Shown: positions 34,692-44,982 of the stretch, one piece after another
Layout of the letters: each line of letters begins with the position of its first letter
How positions within the stretch are numbered: position 1 is the first letter of the stretch
Assembly (NCBI GenBank): GCA_965205975.1
Contig: OZ242195.1
Span: 1,408,001-1,472,000, forward strand
Reading direction: 5' to 3'
Origin: Candidatus Latescibacterota bacterium
GTDB lineage: Bacteria > Latescibacterota > UBA2968
Length of the DNA stretch: 64,000 nt
The notes under the pieces: generated by a model
The model's input: the letters and a program-made list of their open reading frames with translations, nothing else
Database searches by the model: none
Told to the model about the DNA's origin: nothing
Position numbers and translations under genes: made by a program

Positions 34692-36221
34692 ATGGGAAAC
34701 CGCTTCTCTCATTTGCGATTTATGTGTGCTGTGGGTATTCTGATTGGATGTTATAACCCCCAACGCGATCTGAGCATAGACCCATACAATACACCGCTCA
34801 TCCACATTATCGAGGCCGCTTATGATGAGAACGCGGGAATAGTCACTGTGCAGTGGGAGTATCTCGGGCAGAAGCGCGTTGAGAATTTTGTCCTCCAGCG
34901 TCGAGATATTTCTGGTTTTAGAAATATCGTGCGTTCCTCTGGTGCCGATGCCCAGGGCATATATGCAACAGCGGGAGCATTTCAAGACCGCGAACTATTT
35001 GCTGGCGAACGCCTGCAATACCGCGTGATTGCCGAACACAGCGAGGGTGGCCTGGTGAGTACTTCTGCTGTTGAAGTCCTTATCCCCGGTGCTGGTTTAC
35101 GCGAAATGCGGCGCGATCCCGTTGCCTTTACTGTGCAACTCGGCTGGGAGGCGGAAGCGGGTGAGGTGGTGACCTATGAAGTTGTGCGCGCCCCAGATGG
35201 AGGAGATTACGAGACGCTCTTTGTTACGCAAGACCCACAGCAGACGTCCTTTGAGGATCGGTCAATAGCTGACAATCGCCTTTATACTTATGCCATCAGG
35301 TCACACCTCTCAACGGGTGTGCAACATACAAGCCGCAGTGTGCGCGTGCAATTTTATCGCGAAGCGGGACGGTATATCGTAGCCCCCCTGCACAGGGGAC
35401 GCGAGCGGGTGCGCTTTTCTCCTGCTGGTCCCCATAACGAAGCCGACATGCTCGCCCTGATTGTTCAAGCCAACCAGAGTTCCCTTTCTTACCTGCGGCA
35501 TACTCTGAGTGAAAATATACCCAATAGGATATCACACCTCCTTGTCAAAACTGAGATGCTGAATTTGGGTTCCTTTCTGCCGCAATCTGTGGATCTGGTC
35601 GGGCCTCCTCCTCTTGCGGGGAGGGAGGGCGCTCGTTCAATCGCTTATATCGGCGGTATAGATTCAATTGGGCGCATTGGCGTTTCACGTATTGAATGGT
35701 CTATTAATACTACGGCAATATGGCAGCCTTTATTCCTCAATTGGATAAGCACGTCTTCGCATGTGCGATTGGCTCAGGACAATCAACAGCGATTTTATAT
35801 TGCAACAGGTCGGCAGTTGCGCGTCTATTCTGCCGAAGGTTCTCCTGTGGGCACTTTCGATCTCGAATATGAGAACCTTGTGGATATCGCAGTTCAAAAT
35901 GGCGTTATCTGGGTTGCATGGGCAAATGGGATTCAGCGGGGGATTTTGCACTTTTCTGGTGAGAGGCTCAGCAACATCACGTGGGAGGTTGTGCTGCATC
36001 CTCAGATTGAACCGCGTGCTTTCGCACTCAATACTGCAGGTCAGATTTTTGTACTGGATCGCACGCAGGTGCACATGTTTCGGGCAAATGGAGAAGAACT
36101 TCTCTCTTGGATCCTGCCTGCGGGCGCCTTCTCAGCAGGAGATCTAACTATCGGCAGTTCGAGCCTGAATCTCTTACATCTTTCAGATGAGAATGGGGAG
36201 ATCATAACTTATGTACCGTAA
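34692..36221 (+). CDS. Putative lipoprotein with two FN3-like domains and a C-terminal NHL/beta-propeller-like region
   Basis: Lipobox-like LIGC; VQW..., LGW...YEVVR...SFEDRS...YTYAIR; ALNTAGQIFVLD. Confidence 0.65.
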   Translation: MGNRFSHLRFMCAVGILIGCYNPQRDLSIDPYNTPLIHIIEAAYDENAGIVTVQWEYLGQKRVENFVLQRRDISGFRNIVRSSGADAQGIYATAGAFQDRELFAGERLQYRVIAEHSEGGLVSTSAVEVLIPGAGLREMRRDPVAFTVQLGWEAEAGEVVTYEVVRAPDGGDYETLFVTQDPQQTSFEDRSIADNRLYTYAIRSHLSTGVQHTSRSVRVQFYREAGRYIVAPLHRGRERVRFSPAGPHNEADMLALIVQANQSSLSYLRHTLSENIPNRISHLLVKTEMLNLGSFLPQSVDLVGPPPLAGREGARSIAYIGGIDSIGRIGVSRIEWSINTTAIWQPLFLNWISTSSHVRLAQDNQQRFYIATGRQLRVYSAEGSPVGTFDLEYENLVDIAVQNGVIWVAWANGIQRGILHFSGERLSNITWEVVLHPQIEPRAFALNTAGQIFVLDRTQVHMFRANGEELLSWILPAGAFSAGDLTIGSSSLNLLHLSDENGEIITYVP

Positions 36222-36987
36222 TCTATTTGTCGGGGTGTTATTTTGGCTGACAATGGGTTCAGTATGGGCAGATGATCGAGAAACTATTGAAAAAACGCAG
36301 GCTGCTTATCGCGCGGGAGATTATGCTGGCGCGTTTGAGACGCTTTCTCATCTTCCGCACTTATTGGGCGTGGTCCCCTTGCTCGACAGGTCACAACAGA
36401 GTCGGAGGGCCGAAATTTTTTTTGATCTGGGACGCATTCACATGGCTTCCGGCGATACGGCTCGTGCGCGTCTGGCACTTGTCGAGGCATTTCACCTGGA
36501 CCCAGAGGTCAACAGGGGAATTATGGATATTGGCCCGGATCAGGCACTTGCAGGTACGCGGGCATTGCTTTCGGACATGCGCCGCATAACGCTACGACAA
36601 ACCCTTGGGAAAACCACGTTTTGGGGTGCCGCGAGCCGATCGGTTCTTTTGCCGGGCTGGGGACAGTTGTACCGCGGGCACAAAAAACGGGGGTATGGCT
36701 TTATGGGGGCTTCAGCAGTGCTCGCTGCGGCCTGGCTTGTGAGCGATATATCCTATCGCAGTGCATATAATACCTATCGCGGTACGCGTTTGAATGATTT
36801 GCAACTGGGGCAACCCATAGCAGGCACGGACTCCGATGCGTTTGCCCAAAATTTTGAACGCGCAAAATCTCGCGCAGGGCGGGCCAATCTCGTGCTGGGC
36901 TTGCTCGCTGCGGTCTGGTTATCGAATGTACTGGATCATCTGGTGGTCGGGCCAGCCCAAGTTACCCTATCGGTACCCATAAATTGA
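36211..36987 (+). CDS. TPR protein with DUF5683-like C-terminal region
   Basis: Signal peptide, TPR-like LGRIHMASGDTARA...LDPE, RSVLLPGWGQLY motif. Confidence 0.7.
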   Translation: MYRNLFVGVLFWLTMGSVWADDRETIEKTQAAYRAGDYAGAFETLSHLPHLLGVVPLLDRSQQSRRAEIFFDLGRIHMASGDTARARLALVEAFHLDPEVNRGIMDIGPDQALAGTRALLSDMRRITLRQTLGKTTFWGAASRSVLLPGWGQLYRGHKKRGYGFMGASAVLAAAWLVSDISYRSAYNTYRGTRLNDLQLGQPIAGTDSDAFAQNFERAKSRAGRANLVLGLLAAVWLSNVLDHLVVGPAQVTLSVPIN

Positions 36988-37002
36988 GGAAGGCCGAGTT
37001 TG

Positions 37003-40000
37003 ATGCTATTGCTGAGGCGAAAAATATTCTATTGGGTATGTCTTTTTGTACTATCCATCTTACTGTTGCCTGTCAGTGCTTTTTCCCAGTCGCCAGCCAC
37101 CTTTCGCTTGGCAATCGCGCCCTTTTATTCTCCTTACAATGGCGATTACGGCGTCTATATGGCCGATCGCATCGCCTATGAACTCTACCGCCGCGCCTAT
37201 GTTCCCGCTCTGGGGAGGGCGCGTTTTGTTTTAATAGAAACCGATGTATCGACAGGGGAGATAAACCAGGTCGATAAGCAGCTTTCACCCCAACAGCGCG
37301 AGTTCCTTAGCAAAAGGGTTCCCGCCACCTATCTTTTGACGGGTTCTGTCGCGTTTACTGGCATTTATACAATTAAACTCAAGCTCATTGATCTTCAGAC
37401 GGGTATAATTGTCTGGACGGGTGATGCGCGGGACAATCCTGCATGGGTGTGGACGCGGGCACATCGGTCTGTGGGAGAGATCCCCGCTGTCGAAGTGCGG
37501 TCTTCGCTTGGGTTTGTCGAAGAGGAAACACCTGTACCCGCGCCAGAAGCTGAACATTTGCCGCACCATATTCTCATGCAACCACTCCACACGACAGAAT
37601 ATCTGCCTCTTGCTGCCGATTGTGAAATGCACTTCAAAAAAGCGATTCAGCGCGATGGCCTGTTTTCCCTCGTACCAGGGGCATTAAAAGGGAGACAGGG
37701 GCGCGAGCGGTTTGATCGCATCAGTCCTGATCTGCGACGGCAAGCATCGGAAACAACGCTTGCAGAAGCCATCCTGACAGGCAGCTTGCTTGTACTGGGC
37801 AAAGATGGATCAATGGATAATTTTGGAGTGGTGTTGCGTTTGATTGACGTGGAGACTGGACAAATTCTCTGGATGGGGTCTTCAACTGGGCGAAGAGTCT
37901 GGCGATGGGACAAAATAGCGGATATTGTGTCTGCGACCATTGGACGACTTGGTGAAGACTTCGCGCAGTACGGGGCAGGGGCAGCAGAAACCCAGATTGC
38001 GGCGTTGCGCGACCATGCAAAAGATGGGAAATCGTGGAGTGTGCTCGGACATGCCTATCTTGAGCGGGGACTGCTCAAGCAGGCTGAAGAAGCATTTGAA
38101 AAAGCCATGATTTTCCCCGATGCTCCGGCAGAGGCAAGCGCGGGAAAAGGGCTGGTGTTGCTGAGACGAGGAGGGCATTTCGATGACGGCGTACAAGCAC
38201 TCAGGTCTGCAATCCGAACTGATCCAGATTATCTGGATGCGTATAGCTATCTCGCGCAGGCTCTTCTCGATCAGGGGATGTCTGATGGCGTGAAAATTGC
38301 CGAAAACGCCATTCGGCGCGATTCGACATATCTCCCGCCATACCGCGTGCTGGGCGATTGGTATGCCGACCGCGAAGATCATCAGAGCGCGCGGACGTTT
38401 TACCGGGCGTATTTGACGCGTAACCCTGACGATGAAGTCGCTGAACGGTTGGGTAGAAGTCTGTTGCAATTGAAAAATTATCGGGATATAGATCGCTTTA
38501 TCGCGCCTATCGCACGCGAAAAACCCGAAGCCTCGCATTTGTTACCCATTATGGCAATCAAAGCGTTGCGGGTGAAACGCTTTGAGGAATCGACCCAATT
38601 ATTCGAGCGGTTTCTCGCGCAAATTAACGCACGCGAACGCCAGCTTTACGACGATATTCAGGTGCTGTTGTTAAATGAAGAAATAGAGACTTATCGCGCG
38701 CTTGACGGAGCGGAAAAGAAAAATTATGTGGCGCGTTTTTGGCGTGCAAAAAATCCGAATTTGTCCAGCGCATACAACGAGCGACAACTGGCGCACTACG
38801 AACGGGTCTGGATGGCGCGCTGGTCATTTGGGCGGGAAAACTATCCCTGGGACAGGCGAGGTGAGGTCTATATTCGCTACGGTGAACCCGATTACCGCGC
38901 CCGATCGGGATGGGTCTCATCATTGCCTTCAACGCGTGTACAGGAAGTGAAGGAAAAGGTGTACCGAGAATTGTACCGGGATCCCAATCAAAGTGAATTG
39001 ATTGGCCCGGTTTTTCCCATTCGGAGCGATCGCGGATTTGCTGCCGAGCGCGAAAGTAATAGGCTCGATATTCCGGACCAGAGTACCTTTGGCCCGGTTG
39101 AGGGACGCAGTGAAGAAACCGCTCGCAGCGACCCTTCTCAGGAGGCTTACGCGCCTGTTACCATGCAACACGATCGCAGTATCGTGCCCTGGGAGTCGTG
39201 GGTATATACCGAGGTGGATGGCGGCATGGTCATCGATTTTACACGCGAATTGGGTGGCGTCTCCGGGTTTGATTTCGCGCCTATTCCGCCTATTCCGCCC
39301 ACTATGCTCAGAGACAATATTCGAATTGCCGAACACGCTCCGGCAATTCGCTACAAAAACGCCACAGTGAGCCAGTCCGATGAATTTCGCAAAGCACCTC
39401 ACTTATCGCTGGGCACTTTTTATTTTGATCTGGCGGATTTTCGGGGTAGTGCAGGCAAAACTCGCGTAGATATTATTTATGGCATACCGCTTGAAAATTT
39501 GCTCGTCGTTACAGACGGACAACAGCCCCAGGTGGTACTTGAGCGCGCGGTTGCGCTGGCCGATTCGGCATACCGCGTGGTGTATCGAAACGCGCAAAAA
39601 GTGCAGCATTTTGTAGATACCTCAAATGTCATTCGGGAAGTAGTGGATATCACGCGCCAGGATGTGCCCGCAGGAATGTATCATCTCACACTGACTGTTA
39701 CCGATGCTATGACCGCGCGGCAGGGGGTGTTCTCGCTCGATGTGACGATTGATGAATACGACGAAGAACAGCTTCATATCAGCGATCTCTTGCTCGTTAA
39801 AAGTCTATCGGATACGCTGCGCGATACGCGATTTCGTCGGGGAAATTGGCAAATCGTTCCCAATCCTCGAAGGACTGTTCGCGCGCCCAATCCACTGGCG
39901 TTTTATTGCGAAGTGTACAATTTGGCAAAAGACGAGTTTGGACAGACTCGCTATCGCGTGACAACCGCAGTCAAGGCAACGAGAACAGAGCAAAGACGCG

Positions 40001-40194
40001 GGCGAGGGAATGTTGACCAACCCGAGGTCGCGCTGTCCTATACACAAGTGGGCAACAGCGATTGGGAACGCTTGCCCCTCGAAGTACACCTCGAACACGC
40101 ACAGGCAGGGCAAAATCGCCTTTTTGTAATTATTGAGGATCTCGTCGCGGGAACACGGGTGGCAAAGGATACTTTTTTTCAGTATATTCGATAA
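37003..40194 (+). CDS. GWxTD-domain protein with two N-terminal CsgG/FlgO/LpoB-like domains and TPRs
   Basis: LLTGSV...LKLIDLQTG.IVW motif twice; TPR array; FWRAKNP...HYERV...DRRGEVYIRYGEPD; ESWVY. Confidence 0.85.
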   Translation: MLLLRRKIFYWVCLFVLSILLLPVSAFSQSPATFRLAIAPFYSPYNGDYGVYMADRIAYELYRRAYVPALGRARFVLIETDVSTGEINQVDKQLSPQQREFLSKRVPATYLLTGSVAFTGIYTIKLKLIDLQTGIIVWTGDARDNPAWVWTRAHRSVGEIPAVEVRSSLGFVEEETPVPAPEAEHLPHHILMQPLHTTEYLPLAADCEMHFKKAIQRDGLFSLVPGALKGRQGRERFDRISPDLRRQASETTLAEAILTGSLLVLGKDGSMDNFGVVLRLIDVETGQILWMGSSTGRRVWRWDKIADIVSATIGRLGEDFAQYGAGAAETQIAALRDHAKDGKSWSVLGHAYLERGLLKQAEEAFEKAMIFPDAPAEASAGKGLVLLRRGGHFDDGVQALRSAIRTDPDYLDAYSYLAQALLDQGMSDGVKIAENAIRRDSTYLPPYRVLGDWYADREDHQSARTFYRAYLTRNPDDEVAERLGRSLLQLKNYRDIDRFIAPIAREKPEASHLLPIMAIKALRVKRFEESTQLFERFLAQINARERQLYDDIQVLLLNEEIETYRALDGAEKKNYVARFWRAKNPNLSSAYNERQLAHYERVWMARWSFGRENYPWDRRGEVYIRYGEPDYRARSGWVSSLPSTRVQEVKEKVYRELYRDPNQSELIGPVFPIRSDRGFAAERESNRLDIPDQSTFGPVEGRSEETARSDPSQEAYAPVTMQHDRSIVPWESWVYTEVDGGMVIDFTRELGGVSGFDFAPIPPIPPTMLRDNIRIAEHAPAIRYKNATVSQSDEFRKAPHLSLGTFYFDLADFRGSAGKTRVDIIYGIPLENLLVVTDGQQPQVVLERAVALADSAYRVVYRNAQKVQHFVDTSNVIREVVDITRQDVPAGMYHLTLTVTDAMTARQGVFSLDVTIDEYDEEQLHISDLLLVKSLSDTLRDTRFRRGNWQIVPNPRRTVRAPNPLAFYCEVYNLAKDEFGQTRYRVTTAVKATRTEQRRGRGNVDQPEVALSYTQVGNSDWERLPLEVHLEHAQAGQNRLFVIIEDLVAGTRVAKDTFFQYIR

Positions 40195-40227
40195 AAGCAA
40201 TCCACTTAACTTTTTTAGGCTGACTGA

Positions 40228-40256
40228 TTGACAGAAATGCGAGCATTGCTTAAGTT
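40228..40256 (+). promoter_or_regulatory. Sigma-70-type promoter
   Basis: TTGACA-17 bp-TAAGTT, followed by AAGGAG RBS. Confidence 0.65.
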
Positions 40257-40274
40257 TGCTTGAAGGAGTGGAAA

Positions 40275-40625
40275 ATGGAAAGGCCAGATTTTAGCGAAGA
40301 TGATCGCATATTGTCCGTTTTGACGGACAATGCAGATATTGAGGCGTTTAGCAATCTGATGGAACACGCACACGAGCAAGGGGTTAGTGCGGCTGATTTT
40401 ATCCGCGAAGAACCCAGACGCACCTCTCGAAAGCGCATTCGCAAGCTCTGTCTGAAAAACCGCAAACGATCCCTGCAGGTAATGTTCCAATCCGTCATCA
40501 AATCGCTATGGGATCGCCCTGTTACAGACACATCGGCTGTCGAATCCCTGTATGGGGGGATGCCTCCACAATTTGGAAAGCCCCACCGCAATGGTCATAC
40601 CAACAAAAGGAATAAGGGTGAATAA
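40275..40625 (+). CDS. Hypothetical protein
   Basis: Promoter and AAGGAG RBS upstream; first gene of the ruvX unit. Confidence 0.7.
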   Translation: MERPDFSEDDRILSVLTDNADIEAFSNLMEHAHEQGVSAADFIREEPRRTSRKRIRKLCLKNRKRSLQVMFQSVIKSLWDRPVTDTSAVESLYGGMPPQFGKPHRNGHTNKRNKGE

Positions 40626-40794
40626 TCCACTGATCCTTCGGGCACATATTGATGAAATAGAAGCCCTTAGAGACGACCTGTTGCCATCTGCAAAACGCGG
40701 ACAGGGCGATGCGCGTGAACTCGCGATTGTCCTTCACAAGATTGCAATGGAAAAGCGGGATCGTTTGCGAGGGCATACGAACAAACAACCCTGA
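40618..40794 (+). CDS. Small hypothetical protein (58 aa)
   Basis: GTG start overlapping the upstream stop; ends 2 bp before the ruvX ATG. Confidence 0.6.
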   Translation: MNNPLILRAHIDEIEALRDDLLPSAKRGQGDARELAIVLHKIAMEKRDRLRGHTNKQP

Positions 40795-40796
40795 TT

Positions 40797-41207
40797 ATGG
40801 CGCGTATTCTATCCGTTGACTTTGGCAGGCGCCGCATTGGGCTTGCGGTATGCGACGAATTGCAAATTTCTGTTCGGGGATTGCCCACACTTAAAGTTCG
40901 CAATTTCAATGACAGTATAGCACAGGTCGCACAGGTCGCGGGGGATCAGGCAGCAGAGGAAGTGGTGGTTGGCTTGCCCTTAAACATGGATGGCAGCCGT
41001 GGGGACATGGCGCAAGTCGCAGAAAATTTCGCTTCTCAACTCGCTGTTTTGTGCAATATACCAGTTCGCATGTTTGATGAACGACTTTCATCGGTAGGAG
41101 CAAAACGCGAGTTGCATACCATGAAAAGAAAAAAACGCAAAGGAGAAGTAGATCGCCTATCTGCTGTATTAATCCTCGAAACCTATTTGCAGCACAAAGG
41201 AAGATAG
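40797..41207 (+). CDS. ruvX: Holliday junction resolvase-like / pre-16S rRNA nuclease YqgF
   Basis: DFGRRRIGLAV, VVGLPLNMDG, DERLSS, VDRLSAVLILE. Confidence 0.95.
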   Translation: MARILSVDFGRRRIGLAVCDELQISVRGLPTLKVRNFNDSIAQVAQVAGDQAAEEVVVGLPLNMDGSRGDMAQVAENFASQLAVLCNIPVRMFDERLSSVGAKRELHTMKRKKRKGEVDRLSAVLILETYLQHKGR

Positions 41208-41213
41208 CCTCTC

Positions 41214-42239
41214 ATGAAACGGTTTCTCTTTATTTTGAGCATTGTGCCTATTGTATGCATTTTGGGTGCTTGTACAGGAATTCTTATTTTAAATCGGCCG
41301 ACGGGAGTAGGGAAGAAAGAGGTCGAAATTCGGCATGGGGCAACGGTTAAACAAATCAGTCAACAACTCTATCGGAAACGCCTGGTCCACAGCCCGCGCC
41401 TGCTGCAGTTTCTCGCACAGATCAATGGGAGTAGTCGCCGCATGAAGGCCGGTATTCATCCTTTCAATGGACAGATGACCACCTGGGAGGTTTTGCTCGA
41501 ATTGGAGCGTCCGCGCGATATCACGAAAAATGTCACGGTTCCCGAGGGTTTAGAAAAAAAACAAGTTGCAGTGATCCTATCTAAACAATTAAACCTCGAT
41601 CAGAACAAATTGCTGTTGTTGATGAACAGTCCCACTTTTTGCAAAACCCTTTCCGTACAGGCCAAAGATCTGGAAGGCTATTTATTTCCCGAAACCTATA
41701 ATTTTTCAACAACAGTATCGGAACAACAAGTTCTGCGCAGGATGGTTGAGCATTGTCACGCTGTTTTTGATGAGCGGCTCCAGAGACGCGCACGGGAACT
41801 CGAAATGAGTATTTACGAGGTGATCGCGCTCGCATCTATTATCGAAGGGGAAACCAGTTGGGATTCCGAGCGAGACACGATTGCGGCAGTTTATCACAAT
41901 CGCCTGAAAAAAGGCATGCGTCTGCAAGCCGATCCCACGGTGCAATATGCTCTTCCCGGTGGACCTCGGCGACTATTTTATAAAGATTATAGCTACGATT
42001 CGCCCTATAATACCTATCGCCATGCGGGATTGCCACCCGGGCCGATTAACAGTCCTGGACGCGCATCTATCGAGGCTGCTCTTTTCCCCGCTGATGTCGA
42101 TTATTTATATTTTGTCGCTACCGGCGAAGGCGGCCATATTTTTACACGCACTTTGCAAGAACACGCGGCTGCAAAAAAAAGGACCGCGTCTGCACGAAAA
42201 AATACCTGGATAAAAAGAAAACTGGTAACAGGGGATTAG
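41214..42239 (+). CDS. mltG: Endolytic transglycosylase MltG
   Basis: VPEG, LEGYLFPETY, LASIIE, LQADPTVQY, SPYNTY..GLPPGPI. Confidence 0.96.
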   Translation: MKRFLFILSIVPIVCILGACTGILILNRPTGVGKKEVEIRHGATVKQISQQLYRKRLVHSPRLLQFLAQINGSSRRMKAGIHPFNGQMTTWEVLLELERPRDITKNVTVPEGLEKKQVAVILSKQLNLDQNKLLLLMNSPTFCKTLSVQAKDLEGYLFPETYNFSTTVSEQQVLRRMVEHCHAVFDERLQRRARELEMSIYEVIALASIIEGETSWDSERDTIAAVYHNRLKKGMRLQADPTVQYALPGGPRRLFYKDYSYDSPYNTYRHAGLPPGPINSPGRASIEAALFPADVDYLYFVATGEGGHIFTRTLQEHAAAKKRTASARKNTWIKRKLVTGD

Positions 42240-42265
42240 GGCTTGGGGGCTTTGACAACTGACTT

Positions 42266-44437
42266 ATGTCTTCGATTCTCGACGGATTAAATGATGCACA
42301 ACGCAAAGCAGTACAGGCCGTAGATGGCCCTGTACTCATTCTCGCGGGGGCGGGGTCCGGCAAAACGCGTGTTTTGACGCGGCGTATCGCTTATCTGTTG
42401 AGTGAATGCGGTGTTGATCCGCGCCAGATTCTGGCGATGACTTTTACCAACAAAGCCGCGGGCGAAATGCGCGAGCGCGTTGAAGACTTGCTGCATCGCT
42501 CGTGCAACACCATGTGGATTGGCACGTTCCACAGTTTGTGTGCGCGTCTTTTGAGATCACAGGCCGAACGCGTGGGACTGAGGTCCAACTTTACGATTTA
42601 CGATGCAACGGACCAACTCGCGCTTCTGCGACGAGTTATTGCTGATGAAGAACTTTCTGAACGCGATTTTCCGGCGCGTTTGATTCGCACGAGGATTAGC
42701 CAGGCGAAAAACCAGATGGTAGGCGTCGATGTGTTTGCCCAGCGTGCGAGTACATTTCGGGAGCAAATAATCGCGCGGGTTTTTCGCCACTACCAGGATG
42801 CCCTGAAGCAGAATAACGCCGTTGACTTTGATGATTTGTTGACATTGAGCGTGGAGTTAATCCGCGATCACGAAGATGTGCGCCAAACCTACCAGACTCA
42901 GTTTTCACATATTTTAATCGACGAATATCAGGATACCAATCGCCCACAATACCTTTTTGCGCGTTATTTGGCCGAAGTTCATCAAAATATATGTGTTGTT
43001 GGTGATGACGATCAGAGTATCTATGCGTGGCGTGGCGCAGATATTCGCAATATTCTCGATTTTGAAGCCGATTATCCCAACGCGCTTGTCGTGCGTCTGG
43101 AGCAGAACTACCGTTCGACTCAGATTATCTTAGATGCTGGCAATGCCCTGATTCGCAACAATGCTGGGCGCAAGGGAAAAGAACTCTGGACAGATCGTGC
43201 GCGCGGCGAGAAAATCCGTTTAAAAAGATGCGCCGATGATGCAGAAGAAGCCCGCTGGATCGCCGGTGTGGCACAAGACTTTAAGCGCGCGCATACCTAC
43301 CGGGATATGGCGGTGTTATATCGCACCAATGCACAGTCTCGCGCCCTTGAAGAAGGTTTTAGACGCGCCGATATCCCGTATCAAATCGTGGGGGATGTGC
43401 GATTTTACGAGCGCAAAGAGGTCAAGGATGTGCTCGCGTATCTCAAATTGGTGGTCAATCCGCGCGATTCCATCAGTTTTTGGCGCGTGATTAACACACC
43501 GCGGCGCGGTATTGGAACGACATCTACGGGACGGCTCGATGAGTTTGCCATGCGCGAGGGGCTTGCGCCCTATGAAGCACTTGCACATTTAGATGCTATT
43601 GACGCGATTCCGAAGCGCACAGCCAACGCGATGCAGCAGTTTTACGACATGGTTGAGGGCTTTCGCCAGGATATGGAAGCGATACCTGCCGATGAACTCG
43701 CGGCAAACATTGTCGATGAAACTGGATATTTGGGCAATTTTGAGAAACTCCTGCCAGAAGAACAGATGTCGCGGAGAGCACATGTTGCGGAATTGCTGAC
43801 GGATATTCAGCTTTTTGTCGAGCAGTCGGACGATGTCTCTTTAGAAGCGTATTTGCGGAAAGTTTCCCTGGTGACAGATGTGGATCAGTGGGAAAACGCC
43901 GAGGATGCGGTTACACTGATGACTCTCCACAGTGCTAAGGGGCTGGAATTTCCCATTGTGTTTGTTACCGGCCTCGAAGAAGGGCTGTTTCCGATTTTGC
44001 GGCCCGCTGGTGATGAAGGCAATATGGAAGATGCGTTGGAAGAGGAACGCCGTCTTTTTTACGTTGGCATTACCCGCGCGCAGGATCGGCTCTTTTTGTC
44101 CTATGCGATGCGGCGGCAACGATACGGCGGTGCGGTGGCCTGCTCGGCCTCGCAGTTTTTGTTCGAAATCCCCGAAGATCTGCTCGATGCCGGTTTTAAA
44201 ATTAGCGAGGTCAGCAGCATTCCAGGTCGAAAATCGGGCAGAGAAACAGCCCCCCGGGTCAACCCGGGAGAACCGTTTTTAATGGATGTCGGATCCTGGG
44301 TCGTACATCCCGCCTGGGGCCGTGGACAGATTCAAAGCCGCGCGGGATCGGGACAAACAGCCAGACTCAAAGTGCGATTCGACGGTGGAGCCGTTAAGAC
44401 CCTCATGGTCAAATTTGCCAATCTACAACCGGGATAA
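42266..44437 (+). CDS. pcrA: UvrD/PcrA ATP-dependent DNA helicase
   Basis: AGAGSGKT, DEYQDTN, LEQNYRST, HSAKGLEF, EEERRLFYVGITRA, C-terminal Tudor-like domain. Confidence 0.96.
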   Translation: MSSILDGLNDAQRKAVQAVDGPVLILAGAGSGKTRVLTRRIAYLLSECGVDPRQILAMTFTNKAAGEMRERVEDLLHRSCNTMWIGTFHSLCARLLRSQAERVGLRSNFTIYDATDQLALLRRVIADEELSERDFPARLIRTRISQAKNQMVGVDVFAQRASTFREQIIARVFRHYQDALKQNNAVDFDDLLTLSVELIRDHEDVRQTYQTQFSHILIDEYQDTNRPQYLFARYLAEVHQNICVVGDDDQSIYAWRGADIRNILDFEADYPNALVVRLEQNYRSTQIILDAGNALIRNNAGRKGKELWTDRARGEKIRLKRCADDAEEARWIAGVAQDFKRAHTYRDMAVLYRTNAQSRALEEGFRRADIPYQIVGDVRFYERKEVKDVLAYLKLVVNPRDSISFWRVINTPRRGIGTTSTGRLDEFAMREGLAPYEALAHLDAIDAIPKRTANAMQQFYDMVEGFRQDMEAIPADELAANIVDETGYLGNFEKLLPEEQMSRRAHVAELLTDIQLFVEQSDDVSLEAYLRKVSLVTDVDQWENAEDAVTLMTLHSAKGLEFPIVFVTGLEEGLFPILRPAGDEGNMEDALEEERRLFYVGITRAQDRLFLSYAMRRQRYGGAVACSASQFLFEIPEDLLDAGFKISEVSSIPGRKSGRETAPRVNPGEPFLMDVGSWVVHPAWGRGQIQSRAGSGQTARLKVRFDGGAVKTLMVKFANLQPG

Positions 44438-44470
44438 ACCCACTTCTTTAAGCTAAGCAAGGAAGTTCCC

Positions 44471-44926
44471 ATAAACACGCGACGCTACCAACTTCGCCTG
44501 CGCGGCCTTCGAGAGAACAAAGGTCGGATCAGGGCATTCATCATCAGTGGCTGGCTCGCGAAAATCAAACATGATAGCAGTCGTTTTTTCCTCGAATTAG
44601 GTGATGGCAGGAAAATATTTGGTCGCCTACAATCTGACCAACTCGATGTTGAAGTGTTGCGCCCGTTGTGGGGCAAGCGTGCAACTGTTCAGGGCATGGT
44701 CCACTTCAAGGCTAACGGCCAACCCCGACTAATCGAAGCTCATCGACTTAGGCCCTATCAAGACAGAGATGCCATTTTTGAAGAACTGCCTTATACTGAG
44801 ATGCCCAGGTCCCGAGGCTTAACACGGGGACAAGAGAAGCAGGCCCGATCTTTCAATGTCCTGAGTTTATGCGATACCTGGCCCGGTAATGAACCTGTGG
44901 AAGAACTTCTGGCGCAACTGGATTAA
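44471..44926 (+). pseudogene. Degenerate gene, probable partner of a PIN protein
   Basis: Frame open from an ATA at 44471 behind an AAGGA RBS; ends WPGNEPVEELLAQLD directly before a PIN-like start. Confidence 0.5.
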
Positions 44927-44938
44927 GCCCTGAATATT

Positions 44939-44982
44939 ATGAGCAACTTCTTGCTGGATACCGGTCTGTTGTTGGGATTTTA
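44939..44982 (+). pseudogene. N-terminal stub of a PIN-domain toxin
   Basis: MSNFLLDTGLLLGF, then an abrupt switch to AT-rich unrelated DNA. Confidence 0.5.
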
